Source: the human T2T-CHM13v2.0 reference genome, Homo sapiens. From it: 64,000 nucleotides of DNA. The number at the start of each line of letters is the position of its first letter. The stretch's first letter is position 1. Below the pieces are notes generated by a model. The model ran no database searches. It saw only the letters and a program-made list of their open reading frames with translations, and was not told the DNA's origin. Below, in pieces: positions 52,996 to 64,000 of the stretch. The stretch lies in assembly GCF_009914755.1 (NCBI RefSeq), contig NC_060930.1. One strand, written 5' to 3'. The translations under genes were made by a program, and so were the position numbers.

Positions 52996-53544
52996 TGTTA
53001 ATTACTTCTGCTACAGTCTTGTTGTGAGGTGTCACCTGGAGTTCTTTGTCTCAAGACCAAATGAATTAAAGAGTGTGGACACAAAGGGTGAAGTTGGAGT
53101 GAAAGTTCAATAAGCAAAAGAAGAAAGCTCTCCACTGTGGAGAAGGGACCTGGTAGAGGGTTGCTGTTTTTACAGTTGAATGCAAAGGCTTTTAGAACAG
53201 ACTGATGAGGGCTGGACATCTCATTTGCATAAGGCACAAATTTCTGATAGCTCCACCCAGTCTTCCTAATCAGCATGTGGGCTTTTAGCTTGAGTTACTC
53301 CATATTGCTTTGTTTCCCTTACTGCACATATGTCAGGGGATGGAATTTTCCATTGAGGGGGCATATCTGGGCAAGTCACCTGTGCAGCCTTTCTTATATT
53401 GTTGGCTGTGGGCATGTCTTAGGCAAGCTCCCCTGTGCATGTTCCCTTATCTGTGCCTGCAGGCTGTTCTTCTGTTTGAGAGAATTCAACCTAGGACCCA
53501 GCCTAACTGCCTGCCTGATTGGTTTCTTCCTTTCTCCTCTCTCA
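52996..53544 (-). mobile_element. ERV1 LTR (MER83-like), apparently solo
   Basis: Minus strand starts tgagagaggagaaaggaagaaacc; alignable along its length with 57033-57595. Confidence 0.75.
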
Positions 53545-53874
53545 CTTATTTTCATACAACCAATAGTCAAGACAATCTATTATTTAAATTACCATTGTGT
53601 GCAAAGACAGTAAAAGTACCTCTGGAAATCTTCAAAAAGCATCTAGTGCAATTTGGACATGCTCTATGCATTTGAGTATTCAAATTCATTTTGGGTAACG
53701 TTTAAAGAACTTATTATTTATTCAACTAATGTCTAATAATTCACTTTTATATGCCGAGCACAAAATAGATTTTCTTTCACATATGCAAAAACATAATTGA
53801 GCAAGTATACCTGTGGATATAGATATCAGATCTCCTAATAAAAAAATCAACATGGAAAATGTTGCCTTTCTTCC

Positions 53875-56831
53875 TAAAATGCCTTTGCAAAATTATGGCA
53901 GTAAGAGAAATCTGACATGGCTGACTCCATCCCCCTTCTAGCCTCAAGGCTGGCTGTTTTTGTTCATTCCTGGGCAGGAGCCAAGCTAACTTTGGGTGAA
54001 ATTTAGTTTATGATTTAAATTATAATAGCACTTTCTCAAAACTAAACTTCCCTTATGCAAACTAATGAGAGGCCACCAACTTAGAAGGATAAGAGGGGCC
54101 TGAATTCTAAATAATTACTAGCTATTATTCCTGAGATGACAAAATGATATGGTTTGGCTGTGTTCTCATTCAACTCTCATCTTGAATTCCCATGTGTTGA
54201 GGGAGGGGCCCAGTGGGAGATAATTAAATCATGGGGGCAAGTCTTTCCCATGCTGTTCTCATGACAGTGAATAAGTCTTGCAAGATCTGATGGTTTTAAA
54301 AAGATGAGTTCCCCTGCAAACTCTTTCTCCTTTTGCCTGTTGCCATCCATGTAAGATGAGACTTGCTCTTCCTTGCCTTCCACCATGATTGTGAGGCTTC
54401 CCCAGCCATGTGGAGCAGTAAGTCTAATAAACCTCTTTCTTTTTTAAATTGGCCAGTCTCGAGTATGTCTTTATCAACAGTGTGAAAATGAACTAATACA
54501 GTTAATTGGTACTAGGAGTGGGGTGTTGCTTAAAAGATACTCGAAAATGTGGAAGCAACTTTGGACCTGGGTAACAGGCAGAAGTTGGAACAGTTTGGAG
54601 GGCTCAGAAGAACACAGGGAAGTGTGGGAAAGTTTGGAACTTCCTAGAGACTTGTTGAATGGTTTTGCCCAAAGTGCTAATAGTGGTATGGACAATAGAC
54701 TCCAGACAGAGGTGGTCTCAGATGGAAATGTGAAACTTGTTGGGAACTGGAGCAAAGATGAATCTTGTTATGTTTTAGCAAAGAGACTAGTGGCATTTTG
54801 CCCCTGCCCTAGAGATTTGTGAAACTTTGAACTTGAGAGAGATGATTTAGGGTATCTGGCAAAGGAAATCCATCCAAGCAGCAAAGCATTCAAGATGTGA
54901 CTTGGGTGCTGTTAAAGGCATTCAGTTTTATAAAGGAAGCAGATAATAAAAGTTGAAAAAATTGTACCCTGACAATGCAATAGAAAAGAAAATTCCATTT
55001 TTTTTAGGAGAGATTCAAGCCAGCTGTAGAAATAAGTAATGAGGAGTCTAATGTTAATTCCCAGGAAAATGGGAAACATGTCTCCAGGGCATGTCAGAGG
55101 TATTCATGGCAGTCCCTCCCATCACAGGCCCAAAGGTGTAGGAGGAAAAAAGCTGTTTTGTGGGCCCAGCCCAGGGTCCTTGTGCTATGTGTAGTCTAGG
55201 GACTTCATGCCCTGTGTCCCAGTCACTCCAGCTATGACTAAAAGGGGCCAAGGTGCAGCTTGGGTTGTTGTTTCAGAGGGTGGAAGTCCCAAGCCTTGGC
55301 ATCTTCCATGTAGTGTTGAGCCTGCAGATGCACAGAAGTAAAGAACTGCAGTTTGGGAATCTCTGCCTAGATTTCAGAGGATGTATGGAAATGCCTGGAA
55401 GCCCAGGCAAAAGTTTGCTTAAGGGGCAGGGCTCTCATGGAGAACCTCTGCTAGTGCAGAAGGGAAATGTGAGGTTGAAGCTCTCATGCAGAGTCCCTAC
55501 TGGGGCATTGCCTAGTGGAGCTGTGAGAAGAGGGCCACAATCCTCCAGACCCCAGAATGGCAGATCCACCTATAGCTTGCACTGTGCACCTGGAAAAGCT
55601 GCAGAGACTCAATGCCAGCCCATGAAAGCAGCCAGGAAGGAGGCAGTACCCTGTAAAGCCAAAAGAGAAGAACTGCCCAAGTCCATGGGAACCCACCTTT
55701 TGCATCAGCATGGCCAAGATGTGAGACATGAAGGCAACGGAGATCATTTCGAAGCTTTAAGATTTCACTGCCCCACTGAATTTTGTACTTGCATGGGGCC
55801 TGTATCCCCTTTGTTTTGGCCAATTTCTTCAATTTAGAATTGCTCTATTTTCTCAATGCCTGTACTCCCAAAAGTAATTAACCTGCTTTTGATTTTATAG
55901 GCTCATAGGCAGAAGAGACTTGCGTTGTCTCAGATAACACTTTGGACTGTGGACTTTGGAGTTAATGCTGAAATAAGCTAAGACATGGGGGGACTGTAAG
56001 AAAGGCATGATTGGTTTTGAAATCTGAGGACATGAGATTTGGGAGGGGCCAAGGGTGGAATAATATGGTTTGGCTCTGTCCCCACCCACATCTCAACTTG
56101 AATTCCCATGTGTTGTGGGAGGGAGCCAATGGGAGGTAATTGAATCATGGGGGCAAGTCTTTCCCATGCTGTTCTCATGACTGTGAATAAGTCTCATGAG
56201 ATATGATGGTTTTAAAAAGAGGAGCTCCCCTGCACAAGCTCTCTCTCTTTATGCATGCTGCCATCCATGTAAGACATGACTTTCTCCTCCTTGCCTTCCA
56301 CCATGACCGTGAGGCCTCCCCAGCCATGTGGAATTGTAAGTCCAATTAACCTCTTTCTTTTGTAAATTGTCCAGTCTTCTGTATATCTTTATCAGCAGCA
56401 TGAAAATGGGCTAATACACAAGATTTCCAAATTCTCCAATTATTCCCGCAGATAACATCACTTTTGTAGAACCTAAGATTGGCCTTTTGAGATGTTTTCT
56501 CAGGCTTTGGCATTTCTGACAACCTGATGGTCTTACCCAGATCTGCCAACCAGTCCTGTGGCCCAACCCAGGAACTGACTCAGCACAAGAGGACACCTTT
56601 TATTCCCTACGATTTCATCTCTGACCTATTCAATTAGCATCCCCCCACCAAACTATCTTTGAAAAACCCTTAACCTCTGAGCCTTCAGGGGGATTGATTT
56701 GAGTAATAACTCCTTCTTCTGCATGGGGTGGCTGGCCTCACATCAATTATAATCTTTCTTTACTGCAATGCTATAGTCTCCATGAATTCATTTTGTTTGT
56801 GCAGACGGCAGGAAGAACCCATCAGACTACA
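53875..56831 (+). mobile_element. LTR8A-like solo LTR split by THE1
   Basis: gcctttgcaaaattatggcagtaagagaaatctgacatggctgactccatc...cccaggaactgactcagcacaagaggaca...ggaagaacccatcagactaca. Confidence 0.8.
54145..56418 (+). mobile_element. Full-length THE1B-like MaLR: LTR 54145-54500, internal, LTR 56061-56418
   Basis: Paired LTRs ending ctaataca; TSD caaaa/caaga; MaLR ORF remnants. Confidence 0.95.
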
Positions 56832-57032
56832 CTATCATCTCTGAATCTGAGAACATATCAAATTCTCTGACAATTTGAACACAGGAAACATCATGATAAT
56901 ATAATGATAGATGTATATAGCTAGATCCAGAGGGAGTAGAGAGATGTCTGCTTTATTAGAGGGAAAGATGTTTTTGTTGTTATGGATTTAAATATCTAAT
57001 ATTTTGTTGTTATAGATTCAAATATCTGATAT

Positions 57033-60000
57033 TGTTACAGTCTCACCAATGCAACACAATGTGGCAGTCTGTCACTGTGTGAGGTGTCACCTGAAATTAT
57101 TTGTCTCATATCCAGGAAAATTAAGAAACATGGACACAGAGGGTGAGGTTGGATCAAAAATTTAATAAGTGAAAGAAGAAAGCTCTCCAGAGCAGACAGG
57201 GGACCTGAATGGGTTGCCCTTTTTAGAGTTGAATGCAAAGTCTTTTATAACAAACTGTTGTGAACTGGGTGTCTCATTTGCATAAGGTGTGAATTTCTGG
57301 TAGCTCCATCCCATCCTACTAATGTGCATGCAGGCACTTAGCTTGAGTTACTCCATATTGCTTTGTTCCCCTTATTGCGCATGTGTCAGAAGATGGAATT
57401 TTTCCTTGCGGGTACATCTAGGCAGGTCACCTGTGTAGCCTTTCTTATCTGTGTGTCTGTGGGCATTTCTTAGGCAAGCCCCCATGTGCAAGTTCCCTTC
57501 TATGTGTCTGCAGGCTGCTTTTTTGTTTGAAAGAAATCAATTGATGACTCACCCTAACTGCCATCCTGACCAGTTTCTTCCTTTTTCCTCTCTCATTTCC
57601 CTCATTAGGGGTGGACACCCTAACTGCTGTTAGGGGTAATGGGGCAATGATTCTTCTAACTACTTCCTGGTGGAGAGGGACGTTGTGTAGGGGACCAGCA
57701 TCTAGGGTTTATCTATGGATCCTTGGAAGAAAGACATCTCCATCTTGAGCTCAATTTCTGGTACCATCTAGAGTTTTATAGCTTCTAAGTGAGAAGAAAC
57801 AATTTGGGTTATTAGAGGACATGCACTAAAATGGAACAAGGGTGAGGTAAGAAAAGCTCAAAAAACCCAAGGCTGCTGACACACCCAGATAACTAGTGGC
57901 TATATTATGACTGCTAAGATTTGAATACATGGGGCTTGGCTTTGGTTAATGTCCTTGGTTTTATTTTCCCCCACAAAGAAACCTCTAGGTTATGGGCACC
58001 CTATATACAGACATCCCATATGATTTTGGGGACATATACTAATATTATTTACTAAAATATAGCCTGAAAAAGATTAAACATCAATTTGGCAATCCCATGT
58101 ATCTAAATATGTTAAATGATTTTGTTTACCTCTCTTCTGGATATTTCAGGGGCCCTCTGTAGCACACAAAAGCCAGGAGCCAGTAGAGACAATTTTCAAA
58201 CTGAAATCAGTCTACTACTCCATTACAGAGATAAGAAAGAGTATGCATGGAATACAGAAGATCCTTGAGGGCATCTGTTAGTATTACCACATCCTGTGAT
58301 TAAGGTCAATGGGAAACTACAACAGCCCATTACAGGCAGGACTACAAATTGTACAGACCCTTCAGGAATGAAGGTTTGGGTCACTCCACCAGGAAAATAA
58401 CCATGACCTGCTGACGTGCTTGCTGAAGGAAAAGGGAATACAGAATGGGTAGTGAAGAAGGTAGTTACCAATACCAGCTATGACCACATGACCAGCTGCA
58501 GAAACAAGGACTGTAATTGTCAAATATTTTCTCCTTCTTTTGTTAAAAACATGTTTGTGCATGTATACACTTGTACTAAGAAAACATCTTCTTTCTGTTT
58601 CTTCTTCCTTTGTCATGTGACATAAGATTTATTGACTTCATATCAGCATTTAAGTATGGTTAACTTTATGTAATAGTATTTGGGTAGGGGATTGGTGTAT
58701 TTCTGGTTCTATGAAGAATAGTTGTATTATGCTAGGTGTAATTATGACCTCATTATTGTCTTTATTTGAAGGTTATGTATGATCCCAGGAAATGTGTATG
58801 GGTTCAAGTTGACAAGGGGTGGGCTTGTTATGGTTAATACTGAGTGACAACTTGATTGGATTGAAGGATACAAAGTATTAATCTTGGGTATGTCTGTGTG
58901 GGTGTTACCAAAAGAGATTAACGTTTGAGTCAGTGGATTGGGGAAGGCAGATCCACTGTTAATCTGGTGGGCACAATCTAATCAGCTTTCAGTGAATATA
59001 AAGCGGCAGAAAAACATGAAAAGGAGAGATGGGCCTAGCATCTCAGTCTACATCTTTCTCCCAGGCTGGATGCTTCCTGCCCTTGAACATCAAGCTCCAA
59101 GTTCCTCAGTTTTGGAACTCAGACTAGCTCTTTTTGCTCTGCAGCTTGCAGATGGCCTATTGTGGGACCTTGTGATCATGTAATTTAATACTTAATAAAC
59201 TCCACTTTATATATATATAAAAAGGTGATATATATATACACACACAAATATATATGTGTGTGTGTATGCGTATATATATATATATATATGTGTATATTAG
59301 ATCTGTCCCTCTAAGAGAACCCTGACTAATACAATATCCCTTTGAATTCAGTCAATATGTTCACACACAAAATTTCCTTTTTAAGATTAATTTTTACAAT
59401 CTTTCCACAACTTGCTTAAAGCCTTCAGTTTTATTTAATCAAATTTAATACAATCCTTTATCCCTAGGCAGGATTTACATTTCCATGCCTTTTAATATAC
59501 CATTATCACAAAAACATTTCACTGTTCTTACACACCTTGCATGTAAATCTCTTTTATAGTCTAATTTATATGTTATAATGGTAACCATCAGCAATTTTAA
59601 CTTTAATGTAAAACCTGGTAAGTTGTTTTAATTATATACTAGGTGCAGATAAAGTCTGAAATTTTAAGCTTAGTTAGCAGTGTGGTCAATTTCGTACGTC
59701 TCTAGGCCTTACCAAGTTGTAAAGCTGGCAGTTTACAACTTTGAAAAATTTAGCAAACCTAGTGTCTGACTTACATGATTTAGATCACCTATTTACATTT
59801 TGAGGGCATTTGCATTTTACCAATTATCTTTAAAAATATTTTTATTTCTTAAAGATTAAAGTCACATGAACTATAAGTCATTATAGCTTTTATTTTTTCT
59901 TTAAAAATATTTGATTTAAGCTCTCATTTTTCTCTAAGCCAATCAATTACAGCTTTTTTAAAAAACATCACACACAACACATATATAACTACACAGACAA

Positions 60001-63000
60001 GCAGAAGAAGATCCAGTAGTTATAAGATTTTTCATTTGTCAATTGTCTAATTGGATTATTGGCCTCTGGGTGGGGCCCTTTAAGAGCAGCAGTAGGAAAA
60101 CATGTAGTATCTAGGGCCTAATAAACAGGTAAAGCTTGAAGACAAAAAACAGATTTTGAGAGGGAGCTATCCACCTCCAATTCCTGGGGTTCCATGAGGA
60201 AAATATATGTTTCTCCCAAAATGGAATTTGTGTCACCTTTTCTGCTTCTCCCAAGGAGCCCCAGGCCATCAGAATTATCTTAGGCCTCTCATGCATGCAT
60301 TAAGTGTGGCAAAACAAAATGGAGAAAAATAATTCAGTCAACCATGAAAAAACCTTTTCCAGAAAAACAAGATCCAAGAAGAGAAAAACATAAAGGCCCT
60401 TTAAATATACCTATAACTTGGATATCCACTTTCAATTAAGCTGAGCACTCTTTAAGAAAATTCTTTTAAATATCTTGTTACCTGCTTTTAGCCACACCAA
60501 GCGGTTAATATTTCTGGCTTTTGAACTTTAACCACAGTAACCTCACAGGTGAAACCAATAAGCCTCAAATAGGTTATGACTTAACTGTGAGTGTACAAGG
60601 TATTTTCAAAGGGGTGGCAAGCAGCTTTTACAAAATCTACAACCTTTAAAGACAACTTAGAGAAAGGAAGATTTAAGAAAGGAAGTTAGAAGTTGTTCAT
60701 GAAGGGGGAAGAGAATTAGCTGTGTAAAAGTTACACAGCTATTAACTTGAAAGTATTAATTCCCCAAGCCAGGATTGAACCCAAGCTGCCATTGTAAAAT
60801 GGCAGAGGCTAAAACAAAGTGTTATTATGGGGTTACAGGTCATGCTAAAGGGCATAAAACATGATAGAGGCCTGTAGCAAAGTTTGTTACTGACCAGTTT
60901 ATAGGGGTGGCTTCAACAGTGGGCTTATTGAGTCCCAGACCTTCATTCCATTCCAAGGTATCCCTCTTCTCTCTGCTTTTTCTTGTATTTCTTCTCATTT
61001 TCCTGGACCTCCTCCTTGTCCCTATTATAAAAGACCAAGATGGTTATTCTTAGGAGATTTTCTAAGGTGCCATCTGGTCCTATAGCCTGTTTCTGCAGCT
61101 TCTTTCTGATATCAGAGGCCACCTGAGTAAACTTGTCTTTCCAGATTTGCTGTTCCTCAATTGAATTAGGAGATAAGTGTGTTTTACCAAAGCCTCTTTA
61201 GCCTTTCTTAAAAGGCTGAGAGATTTTTATCTAACTTTTGATTTATCATGGATAGCTTAGAATAGTTAAGAGGTTTGGCTCTGGGCCTCTGTAAGCCCTC
61301 TAATATACACATCAGAAAGTGTTTTCTTTTCCACTAATATATGGGATTACTAGGGTTCTAATTAGGGTTTTCAAGGGTCAATGCCTCTCTTTATACTGGG
61401 AATAAGGATCCTACCTCTTTCTCACCTTCTTTCCCATTTTGACTGGCTTTTTTTTACTGGCTATAGGAGACATGCTGTTCATCTCTGAATTTCTCTGCTA
61501 TATGTAGGACTGCCTGTTTCTCAACTGCTGTTAAGGCTTGATTTAAGAATAACATAACATCCTTCGAGGAGAATTTAAATACTTGGGTTTAATCCTTGAA
61601 GGTCTCTATACATGAGTGAAGATGAGGCTTGCTGAGAGCAAACTTCAGGGTCTGAAGGTTAAAAGAGATCTGGGCTACACTTGAGTGGACTGCAGGCTTG
61701 AAGATGGGTTGTTACCCACCTAGAAAAGAGGGGATATGAAGGTGTCTTTTTCCTCCTTTATAGTGATCCAGGGTGGAGAGAAAGATAGAAAGGGCACCCC
61801 CCTTTTCCTCTTTTCTCCTGTCTCCTCTGGGTCCCGGCAACCATCATAGGTGCCATCCATGAATGAAAGCATGACCTTCACCCATGATCCTGGAGGGAGC
61901 TAGTCTACAGTAATAGTCATGCTTACCTATGCAATGCCCTAGATTTCTGCCCTGCTTGTTTCCTAGCCACTTGACCCATAAGGCTCCTAGGGTACCCCAG
62001 GGGTCCGGAAGAGATTGTACAATAGTTGGATTTGGGTGAGACCCTCTGATGGAGGGAGCGTTTCTAAACTATCTCTGGCTTCCCTTGCTATTGTTGTAGT
62101 GAAACATTGAAATCCCAGAGAATAGGACTGATTGACTTCCAAAAATAAAATCCCCTTTTTGTTTAAATGCCAATTTAGTTGGATAAAGAACAGGGACCCC
62201 AAAAGAACATGGGGATTTAATGGCTGTCCTTCCTTTAATGGAGATAACACTGAGGTTAGAATTTGTTTCTCAAGGGGAGCTTCCTCCCAACTGTTGAAAG
62301 TGGAGTTTTTCTGCTTACAAATAGGGTATGGGGCCTGATCACTAAGAAGGGGACATAAGAGGGAAAGGAATTGGGGAACTAGAGGTTTGGGGTGAAGGGC
62401 CAACAGGCTCTTCATGGGGAAAAATCCGACCTCACTAGGTGTCACTGTAGGATTTGAAATGTTAGGTAAAAATTCAGTCTCTAAATTATTGCCAGGCTGA
62501 GGTTAGAAAGAAAGATGTGGGCTTGGTGGGCTGTTCTAACAATATGCCTCCTAGTAGGAAAAAATTAACTTGTCTCATAGAGGAACTGCTTAAATTCACT
62601 GGGCAGTGATGAGCTCTTACATGGAAAAAAAAATCAAGTGGAGGAGGGTATTCACTCAAAGTGAAACATCCTTTTACACTGTGCAATGAATGTCTATCAC
62701 TGGGGGACAAAAAGGCCCTTACTAGGTGAAAGTTTAGACTGAAATCTTGAAATCCCCCTATTTCAAGGAAATCACGGAAGCAGCAATTTTTTGAGTTACA
62801 TTTCTGGTTTCTAAGGCACTTGCTAACTTTACCCAACAAGATTATCTCCCTGGGCTGTAAAAACACCCACAACATTGCATGCAAAGAAGGGGTATAAAAC
62901 ATGGTAGCCATGAAAAGAAAGAAAGAAAATGTGATAGAAAAGTCTAGAAGTCCTGGCGTCAACATATTGATGAACTGTTGGGGGCTGGAGTTAGTCCAGT

Positions 63001-63333
63001 GGCCTTCAGGTAACACTGAGGTGTAGCCTTCAGCTAGATGCCTTCAGTTGCCCCAGGACCTCCTTCCAGCCCCACATGATGGCTAGGTCCTCCATGAAAG
63101 GAAACTGGTTTAGAATAGAACTGACATTCCCTCCACATGAGGGCCATGGGGGATTCACAAAGTCCTCTCATGGAAAGGCTGGGAGCCATGCTATTTGTCT
63201 TTAACTGGCTGACAGTGGTCCAGTGTTTCAATTTAAAAAATTGAGGGCGAGAAGCCTCAGAAATAAAAGTAAAGGGTTGGAGGTCTGCTCCTACTCACAC
63301 TTCTGATGTTTCCTTTCCTGGCCAAAGCATCAA
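57033..63333 (-). mobile_element. ERV1 provirus (MER83-like): 3' LTR 57033-57595, internal with gag remnant, PBS, no 5' LTR
   Basis: PPT gagggaaa next to the LTR; minus 61140-60961 translates KDKFTQVASDIRKKLQKQAIGPDGTLENLLRITILVFYNRDKEE (gag CA C-terminus); PBS TGATGCTTTGGCCAGGAA resembles tRNA-Gly PBS TGGTGCATTGGCCGGGAA. Confidence 0.8.
58203..59333 (+). mobile_element. HERV-L 3' internal remnant plus MLT2A-type 3' LTR (58826-59333)
   Basis: gtgattaaggtcaatgggaaactacaacagccc; PPT gttgacaaggggtggg; LTR tgttatggttaatactgagtg...gagaaccctgactaataca with TA/CA microsatellite. Confidence 0.92.
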
Positions 63334-63429
63334 TATTAAACTTAAAATTTTAAGTGACAAGATTTACTTTTTTGTTACTAATTTAACAAACAGTATTTTT
63401 GCTAGTATCTACATTCCAAGAAGCTTTAT

Positions 63430-63700
63430 TCAGCAGTTAGATGCCACCTCGTCTAAGAGTCCACCATATACTCATTACACTGTTCCTGGTTTCTCTTATT
63501 TGATGTTTCTACAATATCACATGCATTTCTCTGCACTTGTATTTAACACACATTCTGTTTATGTGTTTTTCCTTTAGATATGATCCCCTTAAGTGCAAGG
63601 CCTTTCTCATTTATCTTCAAAACTCTTTCACCAAGCCATAGTGTTTGGTACACATTACATACAAGACAAAACAAGAAATGATTAATTGAATGAATTAATA
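63430..63700 (+). mobile_element. L2 3' end
   Basis: tttagatatgatccccttaagtgcaagg...catagtgtttggtacaca...ttgaatgaat. Confidence 0.65.
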
Positions 63701-64000
63701 ATACATAGATAGTCTACTGTCTAAAGTAAAGGCAGTATTATTGCTATTAATTTTTACTCATTCTTCTCCTTTCCTTATTGAATCCACTCATGACAATTCT
63801 AAGTGAGAATATTTTTAAACCTAAATAAAATATATTTGAATCCTTATCAAAAACTTGTTCATCATAATTTGTTTCCAATGGTGTGCTCATAAATCTTTAT
63901 GAGCCAGCTCTCCCGAGTAACAAAAATAAAATAAAATATAAAAGACTTGCTGCGTAGCATTTGTCTGATTTCTGTGATGTAATGCTCCCAATATGGCTGA

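Noticed and set aside
61987-63016. 152-aa and 176-aa minus-strand ORFs
   Set aside because: They lie in the ERV1 leader upstream of the decayed gag; no recognisable protein motifs

Overview
AT-rich primate genomic DNA (AluY and HERV-H point to a catarrhine, probably human or great ape). It is intergenic or deep intronic, and I find no credible protein-coding gene. Where I can place the listed ORFs, they are fragments of L1, CR1, ERV, MaLR or Alu sequence; the rest look like chance ORFs. The window is unusually dense in LTR elements that keep internal sequence: the 3' end of HERV-H with LTR7, an ERVL/LTR16-type provirus, MER21-like, MER50-like and MER83-like proviruses, a HERV-L/MLT2A remnant, two full-length THE1 elements, and truncated THE1A and MSTA. 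Many are nested in one another or cut by deletions. It also carries L1M/L1P, L2, CR1, MIR, Alu and hAT fossils. I do not see a new biological system. The most notable observations are footprints of mutational mechanisms: a ~135-bp locally templated copy of L1 sequence inside a TA tract, a candidate L1 3' transduction with a perfect 15-bp hairpin, an orphan polyadenylated insert, a tailless TSD-flanked AluY, and twin-priming inversions. There are also a few candidate regulatory islands. Repeat family names come from recalled consensus sequences, not a database search, and boundaries are approximate.
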